Below, in pieces: positions 18,514 through 28,758 of a stretch of 64,000 nucleotides of DNA. The notes under the pieces were generated by a model. It ran no database searches and was not told the DNA's origin. It worked only from the letters and a program-made list of their open reading frames with translations. The position numbers and the translations under genes are program-made. Every line of letters begins with the position of its first letter. The stretch's first letter is position 1. The stretch comes from a virus: positions 129,980 to 193,979 of IMG/VR virus record IMGVR_UViG_3300015202_000004; one strand, written 5' to 3'.

Positions 18514-19065
18514 TCAAACACTGGTTACCAATTGGCGAGATTTTAATGTCCTTAAAATCTCTTCGACTATGGTATCAGACGTTGTGATATCAGCCGCAAT
18601 ATTTCTATAAGACACATCATATTCGTCTAACATGGCTTTAATCTTACCATCAATTTGAACGGCACCATCGAAATTTTGATACCGTCCTGATTGCACGTAT
18701 GGCTTGGTTCTTGTGAATAGATAATTTAAATTATCCCACTTACGAAATTCCTCAATCATAGCCGCATTCAAATGAGGACCATTCACATTATAAACAATTG
18801 ACATAATAATTGGTGAATCTGTTAAGATTACATCAACTTTGCCTTGTAATCTTAACAGACGTTGTAATTGTTTTGCAAAGACATAAAATTGATTTTCCAG
18901 GATGTTCATATGGCCTTCCCAGACTTTATCTTTTGCATACTCTGTGACTAATTCACATAGAACGCCTTGCCATTTTAATTTAGCAAAAGTTTCAGCAGCA
19001 ATTGTTGATTTACCTGTGCCTGGTCCTGCAAAGCCATTAACCACGATTGGAGTCTTTAAAATCAT
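18514..19065 (-). CDS. P-loop ATPase/kinase (AAA_28/NadR-like)
   Basis: GPGTGKST Walker A, ELVTEYAKD.VWE, ILTDSP. Confidence 0.8.
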   Translation of the reverse strand: MILKTPIVVNGFAGPGTGKSTIAAETFAKLKWQGVLCELVTEYAKDKVWEGHMNILENQFYVFAKQLQRLLRLQGKVDVILTDSPIIMSIVYNVNGPHLNAAMIEEFRKWDNLNYLFTRTKPYVQSGRYQNFDGAVQIDGKIKAMLDEYDVSYRNIAADITTSDTIVEEILRTLKSRQLVTSV

Positions 19066-19467
19066 TTTATTTTCCTTATACCCAAATTAAATAACATATC
19101 TCCACTTGAATCGCTCGCCTGGAGATATGTTATGAAATTTTGATTACGCTCTTTCGAGAACTGTTTCGAGAACTACGCGAGTAACCGTGACGCCAATTTT
19201 AGCGACCATACGCTCGTTTTCGGAAAGACGACGTTGTGGACGACCGATGCCAATCCACACTTCTGGCATGACCGAGAAGTTGTGTTCCCAGTGTTCCGTT
19301 GTGCTTAACAGAAACTCTAAGAAATCTCTTTGAATGTGATTCATAAAATTATATCCTCCTTCCTATGGAGTTAACAAACTTGATTTAACCAGTATAACAC
19401 ATATAATCGGGCAAGTCAAGTAATTAAAAAAGAGCTATGTATTTTATTACACAAGCTCTTTTCTTTT

Positions 19468-20310
19468 TCAACCCTGGTTTTGTTCTCTTTTTTTATCTGC
19501 TAGAATCCTTCGGAAATTCGCTTCGGAAGCTGGACTTCCTGGTGATTCAAAAACTTTTCTATCACCAAGTCGCATAACTCGGTGCTTGCCACCCCAAGGA
19601 ACAATCGAACCAAAAGCCCCACCACCGTCCAAACTGTAAACCTGCGGGTTACCATGGTCATTGTGATGGTGTGACATAGGATTGTGACCGTGGAGAATTG
19701 TACCTAAATGGCCTTGATAGCTTCGCTGCCAATAAGGGTGTTCTTCAGATTCCTCTGGCTGAAAACCATTAGGAGAAGGATGAAAACGTCGAATCAACAT
19801 TTTATCCGGCTCTTGCTCATTCATTTCATGGTAAGGATTAACTCCGCCATGAACGATGTGTCCTTTACCTTGCGAGTCTTCAAACGGTAAATATAACGGG
19901 TAATTACCCATTTCAGTCGTATGCCGAATGTAGTCGTCCCCTAGCTGGTTCTTGGTATCAGCCATTTCGTGGGTTAGATTTTGAGGAATCTTCTTGCCTG
20001 TTGCCGCCGCATTAATCATATGCTGGCCGTAACGATGATGCGCCCAATCATGGTTGCCCAAGATAGAAGAAACACCGTACTGCTTCATAAAATCAAGGGT
20101 TTCCTTGGATTGGTGTCCACGGTCAATATTGTCCCCAACGCTAAAAATACGCTGCTTATCTGGATTCCAGTTAGCAGCCTTAAGAGCGCCCTTGACTCCA
20201 TCCAAATCACCATGCGGGTCACCTATTACTAAATCATTATCAGTAGGGATAACATCGAATGCCGTTGGGGGTCGAGGAGATTGTAATAACTTGGGAGTTT
20301 TCTTCGCCAT
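19468..20310 (-). CDS. calcineurin-like metallophosphoesterase (PPP/ApaH-like)
   Basis: GDPHG, GDNIDRG, GNHD, HGG, HGH, LDGG. Confidence 0.9.
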   Translation of the reverse strand: MAKKTPKLLQSPRPPTAFDVIPTDNDLVIGDPHGDLDGVKGALKAANWNPDKQRIFSVGDNIDRGHQSKETLDFMKQYGVSSILGNHDWAHHRYGQHMINAAATGKKIPQNLTHEMADTKNQLGDDYIRHTTEMGNYPLYLPFEDSQGKGHIVHGGVNPYHEMNEQEPDKMLIRRFHPSPNGFQPEESEEHPYWQRSYQGHLGTILHGHNPMSHHHNDHGNPQVYSLDGGGAFGSIVPWGGKHRVMRLGDRKVFESPGSPASEANFRRILADKKREQNQG

Positions 20311-20855
20311 GGCTTACCTTTTATAGCAATAAATTTATTCTTTGTCAATACCCTTGCTAGTTTTTGTTTTAGTGAAAGGGTTATAATAAACAATATTAAA
20401 GAAAGCTTCTTTATTACCATGTTCGCGCATAATTGCAAATAAATTTTCCAATTTATCGAGTTGCAACTTTTCCGGTGACCATGAACCCACTTCATTTTTA
20501 AAGAATACAGATTTTTTTTCTTGTTTACAAGTATATCCATAAACTTCAATCTCGAATTTCTCAACTTTTAAACTTAAAAATTGCTCAAACATACCATATA
20601 AAGTAGTGTAAGTATTTTTATCTGAAAATTCGATTCTAAAATTGGAAACTTCACCTGGTTTTAACATTTTGCTAGACTTTCTTTATTGCTGTTTTCTATA
20701 TTATAGTTTAATTTTATTCTTTGTTTGTATCTTTTTCCCCGAACACTTACGTGCAAAAACGGCAATGAGCGCGGCTTTCATGAATGATGAACGCCGTGAG
20801 TGAAACAGTAGCGCCCACGCATATCGCGCGGCACCGTTGCCTCGGATGCTGGTGT

Positions 20856-21329
20856 CTACGCTTCTGTGAGGTCCTGCACCATGCAATCACCATCGCACGA
20901 ATCATCTGGACGATGTAGGCACCGCGCTTCCGTGGATGCGTCCCGCATTTCTTCGCCCGTTACAGCGCGTATCAAACCGCAATCACCACAGCGGCGCACC
21001 CATTTCCCAACATCGCTTCTCCACGTTTTATGAGCGCACTTCTCGGGCGTCTGCGCTTCCGTGGATACGGATGTTCGGTCGCAATTACATCCCGCAATTT
21101 CACAGTAGACGAGTTCATCGGCGTGTGGCGTTTGATGACCACAGTCGAGACACTTCTCGGGCGTGGCTATGACGGGGCCGTCGCACCAGTCGCATTCAAA
21201 GTCGGGGGGCGGTCTTGTCGGTCGTCCGCCTTCTTGAATCGAAAGCTGATGTAGTCCAAAAAGACCATGTTCGCACGTTGGCTTCGTGCTTAGGGTCGGG
21301 ACTACGCTATCATCCATGACGTTGCTCAT
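20856..21329 (-). CDS. Cys/His-rich hypothetical protein
   Basis: Multiple CxxC motifs; locally GC-rich DNA. Confidence 0.5.
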   Translation of the reverse strand: MSNVMDDSVVPTLSTKPTCEHGLFGLHQLSIQEGGRPTRPPPDFECDWCDGPVIATPEKCLDCGHQTPHADELVYCEIAGCNCDRTSVSTEAQTPEKCAHKTWRSDVGKWVRRCGDCGLIRAVTGEEMRDASTEARCLHRPDDSCDGDCMVQDLTEA

Positions 21330-21508
21330 TATCGTACTAGCAGGCCAGGAACCTGGGAGGTAGAAATCTGTCGTCCTTGTGCATCAAACGTTCCACGAGA
21401 ATCCATAAAACCAAGCATATTCCCATTTGGGGAATAAACACCTTCTTGATTTCCCTGTGGGCGGGTCGTGGCAAGTAATTGGTTGGAGTTATTACGAATG
21501 TCCATGCA

Positions 21509-22309
21509 CTAAGTATAGCATTCTTCTTCTTCTTTGTCAATACCCACTAGTAATTCTGCGCGTTCTTCATCGGTAGGGAAACGTTTATTTAATTTATAAA
21601 AATTTATAGATGCTTCCCAACGCTTTTCTTCTTGAATTTCTCGCGGATTTTTAATCTTGTTTTCTTCGCAAGGATTTTCAGTGAACATAATTTCATAGAC
21701 ATTTATGAATTGCTTTTCTTCTTCAGTTTTATCTTTCTTATCATGAAGTTTTGACCAAACCTTATGAGCATCCCGATATATTTCCCAATTAGCTAAACGA
21801 CGTTCTTTTTCTTCTTCAGAATAAGAATTCCATAATTCATTGAATTCATTAAATCCTTTAACAACATTTTTTGAGTTTAAACTTAACCATCCTTGGTCAG
21901 GGCATTCAAAAGAAGCAGGAAAATCTTTATATTTCATTCCGCGTTTATATTCGCGGGTGCGGAAAAATTTAAAGCCACAACCGCATGGTCCTAAATAACC
22001 ACCAATGCGATAATCATCGTTATCATCTGAAATACCGAGATAACGCGCAGCATGTTTTTCTTCGTTCCAGCCATACTTTCCTTTAGGCCCTGTATTATCT
22101 AAATCAGAAATACGGCGACCTTCTTCTACATTCCAATTGGCAGCATATAAACAAAAAACATCAATGATTGGTCCTTTGCCATCATCAATTTCACCCATGT
22201 CCATATATGTGCCACGGATAATAGAATCGTCAGGAAGTAAAAGAACAATCTTTTGCCCTTCCGCAATCCCACGACCAGATAAACAAGACCGCCAAGAGAA
22301 ACTTCCCAT
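21509..22309 (-). CDS. hypothetical phage protein
   Basis: 266-aa ORF; MGSFSW...CPDQGW pattern. Confidence 0.6.
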   Translation of the reverse strand: MGSFSWRSCLSGRGIAEGQKIVLLLPDDSIIRGTYMDMGEIDDGKGPIIDVFCLYAANWNVEEGRRISDLDNTGPKGKYGWNEEKHAARYLGISDDNDDYRIGGYLGPCGCGFKFFRTREYKRGMKYKDFPASFECPDQGWLSLNSKNVVKGFNEFNELWNSYSEEEKERRLANWEIYRDAHKVWSKLHDKKDKTEEEKQFINVYEIMFTENPCEENKIKNPREIQEEKRWEASINFYKLNKRFPTDEERAELLVGIDKEEEECYT

Positions 22310-22560
22310 AAATGAATTATATCAGTTGGCGGTCTTTTTGTCAATACATTAAATTGCGCGATTTAAGTTCTGTTACTAAATTTTGAACTTCAATTCTAGG
22401 GCTTATTGTTCGACACACTAAAGCATCAGCAACTTTGCGAGCAACAAAATCAGAAATCGAATCGGTAATTTGAGAAGCATATTTAACAGAATCACGGTTC
22501 ATCATATTCGCAATTATATTTAATTTAGTGTAATCCTGTGGAGAAATCTTTCGAAATTCT

Positions 22561-22929
22561 TCAAGCATTATTTTCTGATTTTTGAAGGTCTTCCAATTCC
22601 TTCTTTAATTTTGCAATTTTTGTTGCTTTAGTATCTTTATTTTTTTCTAAACGCTTTTTTTGTGCCAATATTCGTGCATTTTCTTTTTTCTTTTCTTCAG
22701 CACTAATATCGGCTACATAAGCAGCTACAGTTGTAAAAATAAATTTTTCCTGGTCTGGTAATTGTTCAACCAAAATAAAATCGTAATTACCATTTCTTTG
22801 AGCCTTTGTTAAAAGCACAAAAGTTTCGTTATCGACTTCGGCAAATTCAGTAACACGCTCAATAATTTTTTGATAATCATCATTTGAATCATAATAACCA
22901 CTAAATCGTAAAATCGCTACTTTATGCAT
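22561..22929 (-). CDS. hypothetical protein with C-terminal coiled coil
   Basis: 122-aa ORF overlapping neighbours. Confidence 0.55.
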   Translation of the reverse strand: MHKVAILRFSGYYDSNDDYQKIIERVTEFAEVDNETFVLLTKAQRNGNYDFILVEQLPDQEKFIFTTVAAYVADISAEEKKKENARILAQKKRLEKNKDTKATKIAKLKKELEDLQKSENNA

Positions 22930-23468
22930 TTACTTTTCTTTCTTTCCTTCAAATTTATTCCATTTCTGTCCATAAATTTTTCATCTTTATAAGGCAATTC
23001 AATAAGCTGCGAGTAATACAGTTTATTCCATTTGGCATCATCTAATGCATGATGAATATTTGTTTGAATAGGCTTAACGTGCTTAACTTTCATTTCAGCA
23101 AGTTGTTTTAAGTCAAAACACCAATGCGGAAAATGTTTTGGTAAATCAATCATTCTGCCAAATAACTGCGCCAAAACAACCCAATCATATGAAGAGCAGT
23201 ATGCAACAAATTCAGGTTTGTTACCCACAAAAGCGAGAATTTCTTCTCTAATCTGTGCGCGAGGCTTCCAAGCATCCGGTTCAACCCGAACACCATCTAC
23301 AGTCAAGTGATTCAAGACATTTTCGACAACCCAAGGAACAGCTTTGGAGGCATCAAATTCCGTACTCACAGCGTAGTATTCGCGACCTAGCTCGCTGACA
23401 ATACCAATGCTAACGAGTTCAATCGTTTTGCCGTCCTCAATAAATTCCGTGTCGAAGAAGTATTTCAT
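22917..23468 (-). CDS. DEDD 3'-5' exoribonuclease (RNase AS/Rv2179c-like)
   Basis: YFFDTEFIEDG..IELVSIGIV...YDWVVL.QLFG.MIDLP...HHALDDAKW. Confidence 0.9.
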   Translation of the reverse strand: MKYFFDTEFIEDGKTIELVSIGIVSELGREYYAVSTEFDASKAVPWVVENVLNHLTVDGVRVEPDAWKPRAQIREEILAFVGNKPEFVAYCSSYDWVVLAQLFGRMIDLPKHFPHWCFDLKQLAEMKVKHVKPIQTNIHHALDDAKWNKLYYSQLIELPYKDEKFMDRNGINLKERKKSKCIK

Positions 23469-23497
23469 AACAAACGAATTATACCACAGTTCAATAA

Positions 23498-25066
23498 TTA
23501 AATCAAGCGTAATCCTGATTTAGATAAAGAATCCGTAAATAGAGCAGCCTGGTGTGTCATTTTATTGACATACTGAAGGGCTTCTTCTGGGTTTGTTATG
23601 CGACCATCAAGCTGGGCCTGGTAAACATCCTTTAGGATATTACCCATCGCTGGCCCTGGTTTAATTCCAATTTGAGTCAATGATTTGCCGTTGATAAAAG
23701 GTTGCGGAGGTGCTTGATTCACACCTAGTCGTTTAGCCGTATCATGCAAGTTTCTGTGGTTGTTTGCCATGCCATTATGTTTTGAGTCCATAACGTGCAT
23801 TAAGTTATCAATACTTTCTGGTGCTACATGAGAAGACAAATTACGTGCAGTTGCATCGCTTGGTTCAGCATCATTTGCATGTGGCGAATCTAAGCCATTC
23901 TTCAAAGATATAACGCGCTTGCGGATATTTGCTGGCATGCCAACTCTATCTAAGAAGCTTGCGACATTCTCTTTAGGCATATCGTGTGTCAATGAGGAAA
24001 AGAACAAAGCGTTTTTATCTTCGTTAGAAAAACTTTTGTCTCCCTGTAATTTCTTAGCCATATTGTCAACAGTTGCCATCTTTTCAGGTGTCAACTCCAA
24101 CTCGGGGTAATGTTTAATCCAATCCGTATCCTGTAAGACCTTTAGGCCCTTGGAAGGGATATGGCTCTTTTCAGCCAATTTTTGCCATTCTGTCATAACA
24201 CGGTCTTTGGACAATGTTGGATATTCATGAGAAATTTGCTTACTCATTTCAGCCGTGCCAGGGTCCATGTCCATTCCCATGCGACCAGCCAATTGCATGC
24301 CTCTTAACACACGCAAGGGGTCTTCTTTGTACTTCTCGCTTGTCGCTCTTAAAGTCTTATTCTTTAAATCGTCCAAGCCATTAAAATGGTCATGAATCTG
24401 TCCCGTGTGAGGGTCTTGCATCATGGAGTTAATAGTAAAATCACGACGCGAAGCAGCTTCCTGTTGCGTCATATCAGGGTCCGGTTGTACTTGAAAACCT
24501 TTGTGCCCTTGGCCTTCTTTATTTTCTCTACGAGGCAAGCTGAAGTCATAGTCTTGTCCATCTGGTGTTTTTAATTTTGTAACACCAAAAGATGAACCCA
24601 CAGTATTAACTTCGCCATGTGGTTTTAAAGTTTCTGCAACCTGGTCAGGATGCATTCCGTAAACTTCAACGTCTTTATCTTTTGAATCTTTACCTAATGC
24701 CCAATCGCGTGGGTATCCGCCAACTAAGAAAGGCTTGCCGCCCTTGGCCGTAATGTCGTTCATAATAGATGAAAAAGCAGGACCATGGTCAGGCTTGATA
24801 GAACCTACATGCGTAGAGTTATCAGGAATACTATGAACTGGCCCGGCAATTGGCTCAAACAAGTTAGAATGCGGTTCAAAATCTGCTTTAGTACCATGAT
24901 GTTGTGTCCCTTGAAAAGAATGTTTTCCAATATAAGTGCCTTCATCAGTAGAAGCTTCTTGTGATGGCATAGCAGGCGCTACAGCAGGTGCTTTTGGCAT
25001 TGCTGGAACATCGCTCGCACTCTTAACAAGAATCTTATTACTAATGAATTTTACTACTTTTTTCAT
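23498..25066 (-). CDS. cca: class II tRNA nucleotidyltransferase (CCA-adding enzyme) with N-terminal extension
   Basis: VGGYPRD...DKDVE, RRDFTINSM, EDPLRVLRG, G.KPGP..G.IL. Confidence 0.9.
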   Translation of the reverse strand: MKKVVKFISNKILVKSASDVPAMPKAPAVAPAMPSQEASTDEGTYIGKHSFQGTQHHGTKADFEPHSNLFEPIAGPVHSIPDNSTHVGSIKPDHGPAFSSIMNDITAKGGKPFLVGGYPRDWALGKDSKDKDVEVYGMHPDQVAETLKPHGEVNTVGSSFGVTKLKTPDGQDYDFSLPRRENKEGQGHKGFQVQPDPDMTQQEAASRRDFTINSMMQDPHTGQIHDHFNGLDDLKNKTLRATSEKYKEDPLRVLRGMQLAGRMGMDMDPGTAEMSKQISHEYPTLSKDRVMTEWQKLAEKSHIPSKGLKVLQDTDWIKHYPELELTPEKMATVDNMAKKLQGDKSFSNEDKNALFFSSLTHDMPKENVASFLDRVGMPANIRKRVISLKNGLDSPHANDAEPSDATARNLSSHVAPESIDNLMHVMDSKHNGMANNHRNLHDTAKRLGVNQAPPQPFINGKSLTQIGIKPGPAMGNILKDVYQAQLDGRITNPEEALQYVNKMTHQAALFTDSLSKSGLRLI

Positions 25067-26010
25067 ATTGATGAATCTTCGAACAACTTATGATGTAAGA
25101 GAATAAAAGAAGGTAACTGAATGATTTGTTCGGCTGCTTGACCGACTGGATGCTGCGACATTCTACCGATATACTTCATGAGAATAGACGCAAGAACTTC
25201 GTATGATTTTTGTGCCAATGGAATATTGTTTTTGCCGATGACCTTCATGAAGTCGCTAAGAGCGCTCATGAATTCGCCCATCTGTGGGTCCATAAGGTTT
25301 CTTGCTTCTTCTAAGAATCTGTCGCCAATGTTTGCCAAGGTTTCAGTCTGTGACTTTTCTTCTTCTTCGTCTACTTCTGGTGAAGCCAATTCAGGCTTAT
25401 ACTTTGAAGGGTCGAAATCGAACAAAGGCTCAAGCTTGTTCCAATGGTAATAGAAATCGTTATCGAATTTGTTGGCAATACGAGGCTTACCGGATTCACG
25501 AAGCAATTCGGTAGCAATGCGATATTTCTTTGCAATGCTACGGCCCATTGAACGAACACGGTCAGCACTTGACTGAGTTAAGAGTTTATCGAAAGATTCA
25601 GGCTTGACAGAATACTTAGGGTCCAAACTATAAACAGCCATATTATCTAGCTTCGATTTAAGAATAAACTTCTTGAAGCGGTCAACTAAAAGTTTGCCTG
25701 CCTCAGTAAATTCAAACCCATCATAAAGTTTTGTTGCAGAATTCTTGCGGTCAAAGTCTTCCTTCCACAAGTTATAACTGGCTTTACCGGAGTCTTCTTT
25801 AGGCAAAGTTGAGAATTCAGCATTACTAACATCGCCAGGATTCTTGCCACGGAAGGCACGAGGAATCCAAATTCTATTGTCTTTCGAACGCAAGAACAAA
25901 TGATGACCATCCTGGTTAATAGTCCAATAACCATCTGCACCATCGTGATGAACAACGTTGGCCTGTGGCGGAACATGAGCTATGCGAGTAATGTTAGTAG
26001 TAAATCTCAT
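25063..26010 (-). CDS. hypothetical protein (possible virion-internal protein)
   Basis: 315-aa Cys-free ORF overlapping cca. Confidence 0.65.
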   Translation of the reverse strand: MRFTTNITRIAHVPPQANVVHHDGADGYWTINQDGHHLFLRSKDNRIWIPRAFRGKNPGDVSNAEFSTLPKEDSGKASYNLWKEDFDRKNSATKLYDGFEFTEAGKLLVDRFKKFILKSKLDNMAVYSLDPKYSVKPESFDKLLTQSSADRVRSMGRSIAKKYRIATELLRESGKPRIANKFDNDFYYHWNKLEPLFDFDPSKYKPELASPEVDEEEEKSQTETLANIGDRFLEEARNLMDPQMGEFMSALSDFMKVIGKNNIPLAQKSYEVLASILMKYIGRMSQHPVGQAAEQIIQLPSFILLHHKLFEDSSI

Positions 26011-26077
26011 AATATCTCCAGTAGAATTTACGTATCAATAAGTAAAATACTGTAGCTTCCTCTTATTGTAGCACCTA

Positions 26078-26212
26078 AACTAAATGCCCCAAGGAATTAA
26101 CCCTGGGGCACATAGTTTCACGGGTTCCAGAACTAGCTTCGTTAGAAGCTTTCACGCTTTGCTACGAGGAAACCTTGAGGGTCTTCCCAAGCGTATAGCC
26201 CGTCTCAGGCTC
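26078..26212 (-). ncRNA. candidate structured small RNA
   Basis: TTGTCA-N17-TACAAT promoter (26218-26246); nested stems; terminator TGCCCCAGGG/CCTTGGGGCA; no ORF. Confidence 0.55.
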
Positions 26213-26229
26213 TTTATATTGTAGCACAA

Positions 26230-27006
26230 TTAGCTTGCTTTGACAAGCCCTTTGCTCTTATTTTTTGTCATAGGTAGAAATTGGTCAGCATTCTTAATGA
26301 TTTTCTGAACCGATTTTTCAAGGACTACTTTTTGCAAAGCAAGGTCATAACTATCGACCATAGAATCATAATCGAATGAAGAAGGAATGCTATCCGTGAT
26401 AACCTTCATACCTTTGCGGACAACGGTGGTTACATCGGGAAGTTCAAGCGTAGGTTTAGGACGCCGAATATCAGAAAAGGGAAGGTGGAGAAGCACCAGG
26501 CCGTCGCCATCTGGGACAATTGCCGCCAGCGTTTCACGACCGTTCTGAAGGGAATATTTACCCATCAAAACCTTGTTGCCCCGAAGCATAGCATCAAGAA
26601 GCGCCGCATAGGTAAGGCCGCTTGAATATCCGTCGTTAACAAGATGGTACTTCTTGTAAGATTCGGTAAGTAAATCAGAAACTTCAGAATCTCTCACCAT
26701 CGCAACGGTAACAAAATTCTTAAAAGTTTCCAGCTTCATGTTTTCAATATCTTCATCGGTAATTTCCAGAACTGTGTCGCCATCGCGGTAAACACGCTTG
26801 ACACTTTCAAGATTACCATGAGTTTCGCAATTGCGGGGTTGGAGCGCTGGTGCCAAGCAATCGGGACAGGCGTTATTCAGACCCGAACCGGGAGTATCTG
26901 AAGAGGAGACGTACAGTTTGACGTTCATCGTTAGAATCGGGCTGATTGAAACCTTGATTGTTCCCGATGAACGCCCAACCGTGGTGGACTTAGAAGCTTG
27001 TGACAA
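26230..27006 (-). CDS. ku: Ku-like DNA end-binding protein
   Basis: SGTI.V....VKLY, LEITDEDIENM, Y.L...Y.AL..AM......MGK......E.LAAI.P...GLVL..L pattern of prokaryotic/phage Ku. Confidence 0.7.
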   Translation of the reverse strand: MSQASKSTTVGRSSGTIKVSISPILTMNVKLYVSSSDTPGSGLNNACPDCLAPALQPRNCETHGNLESVKRVYRDGDTVLEITDEDIENMKLETFKNFVTVAMVRDSEVSDLLTESYKKYHLVNDGYSSGLTYAALLDAMLRGNKVLMGKYSLQNGRETLAAIVPDGDGLVLLHLPFSDIRRPKPTLELPDVTTVVRKGMKVITDSIPSSFDYDSMVDSYDLALQKVVLEKSVQKIIKNADQFLPMTKNKSKGLVKAS

Positions 27007-27077
27007 CGGTTACTCTTTCTGCGGATTTTGAATCCGACTTGAGTCGGATTATAACACGGAAACAAGCGAATGTCAAG

Positions 27078-27941
27078 CTATTTCTTTTTCTTTGTACTAG
27101 CTTTTTTGGCTTTAGGTATTCTTGGGTCGGTGATTGGTTCAAGCTCTTCCTTAATAGACTCAGGAACTGGTTTCAATTCTGGCACAATACCTAATGAACG
27201 ATTTTGTACAGGCTTGAAATTAGCCTTGGCGTATGCTAGGGCAACCTTGGAAACCATGAAGTGACGCTGAACGTCTGTTTCATCAAATTCCGTCACGCCA
27301 ATACCATCTTCATCTTTTAAGATATTGATGGCATGCATGAAGCCGGATTCAACGTTTGATGGCAAGTCGATTTGGGTATGGTCACCCGTCACAAGAACCT
27401 TTGAATTCTGCCCCATGCGAGTCAAGAACATGTGTGTTTGACCGATAGTAGCGTTCTGAGCTTCGTCTAAAATCATCATGGCGTTTTCGTAGGTTCTACC
27501 ACGGGTAAAAGCTAGAGGAATAATTTGGATTTTCTTATCCGTAATATATGCTTCGAAAACTGCTGAACCCAAATGCTTTTCAAGAATATCAAGCACTGGA
27601 GCATTGTAAGGATTTGTTTTGTCTCTAATATCACCCGGCAAGAAACCTAATCTTTCGCCAGCTTCAACAATTGGGCGTGTAACAATCATCGTTTCGACTT
27701 CGCCATATAGCAAAGACTGTAGAGCTAAAGTTACCAAGCAATATGTTTTGCCTGTACCGGCGACACCTTTAGCAAAGATTATATGATTATCATTAAATTG
27801 TTCAACTAATTGTTTCTGGTTATCTGTTCTTGGTTGAAACTCCAAGTGAATTGTCTTAGGTTTTAAACGTAGCTTAGGAGCATCGTAAGAAACTTCTTGA
27901 ACGTTCTTAGGTTTGTTTGGGCGAGGGCGCTTTGTTGACAT
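27078..27941 (-). CDS. phoH: PhoH-like ATPase
   Basis: GVAGTGKT, TRPIVEAGERLGFLPGD, RGRT, LDEAQN, LTRMG, GD.TQIDL, VQRH. Confidence 0.95.
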   Translation of the reverse strand: MSTKRPRPNKPKNVQEVSYDAPKLRLKPKTIHLEFQPRTDNQKQLVEQFNDNHIIFAKGVAGTGKTYCLVTLALQSLLYGEVETMIVTRPIVEAGERLGFLPGDIRDKTNPYNAPVLDILEKHLGSAVFEAYITDKKIQIIPLAFTRGRTYENAMMILDEAQNATIGQTHMFLTRMGQNSKVLVTGDHTQIDLPSNVESGFMHAINILKDEDGIGVTEFDETDVQRHFMVSKVALAYAKANFKPVQNRSLGIVPELKPVPESIKEELEPITDPRIPKAKKASTKKKK

Positions 27942-28221
27942 ATATAAAAATCCTTTTAAGACTTTACAGTTAGTGTCTGGAAAATAAAAAAAGCCATGGC
28001 TAAACTAAACTTGCCATAGGCTTCAAAAAGACATTTTTCGGGTAAGGTGTCGCATAGGATGTGTGTTTTACCTTCCGTCAGAATGCCAGGTATTTATACA
28101 TATATAATGCTGAGTTAAGTGGATTATATTACAAAGTTTTGGAAACTATTAGAAAGTGTTGACAAAGAATTCCGAGTGTGATATACTTAATTGAATGTTA
28201 ACTAATCCCAGGAGAGTTTAG

Positions 28222-28758
28222 ATGCAACAGAGAGTCGTCGTAGAGACAAAAGTCGATTTTAAAGAGATTAAATCAGGACTGTTTAATGACAAGCCAGCTA
28301 ACGCTGTATTGCTGCTTCCGGTCAATGCTTACATTAAAAGCAATGGCAAAGCGGTCATGGCAATGGGCTGTGCGCTTGTGGCTAAAGCTCGTTTTAAAGG
28401 TATTGACGCTAACTGGGGTAGTGCGCTTGAGGCCCAAGGGCGTCGGCGAGGAAATTATGGCCTTTATAAAACCGAAGCAGTAGGCAATCGACCCGCTATT
28501 ATCTGGCAAAAACCAAAAGACCCTATCATCGTCGCTTTCCCAACCCAATGGGAGTTTAACAAGAAAGCGGACCTGTCTCTTATAGAACGGTCCCTTTCTG
28601 ACGTTCTAGCCATGGCAGACCATTATAAATGGTCAAATATTTATCTGCCTGCAATTGGAACTGGATGCGGTCAACGTTCTTGGAAAACCGAAATTAAGCC
28701 AATTCTTATAGATTATTTAGATAATCGTTTTACCGTTTGTCATTTGGGCAATTTTTAA
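28222..28758 (+). CDS. macrodomain-like (ADP-ribose-related) protein
   Basis: PVN...G.AVMAMG.AL..K.RF...IVAFPT...ADL.LIE.S...LPAIGTGCG..SW. Confidence 0.75.
   Translation: MQQRVVVETKVDFKEIKSGLFNDKPANAVLLLPVNAYIKSNGKAVMAMGCALVAKARFKGIDANWGSALEAQGRRRGNYGLYKTEAVGNRPAIIWQKPKDPIIVAFPTQWEFNKKADLSLIERSLSDVLAMADHYKWSNIYLPAIGTGCGQRSWKTEIKPILIDYLDNRFTVCHLGNF

Noticed and set aside
26110-26210. Hammerhead ribozyme (CTGAGA...GAAAC)
   Set aside because: The core is one base short of CUGANGA and I could not find stems I and III; kept only as an unknown structured RNA
28090-28100. T4-like late promoter TATAAATA
   Set aside because: Expected by chance in AT-rich DNA and not consistently placed before genes
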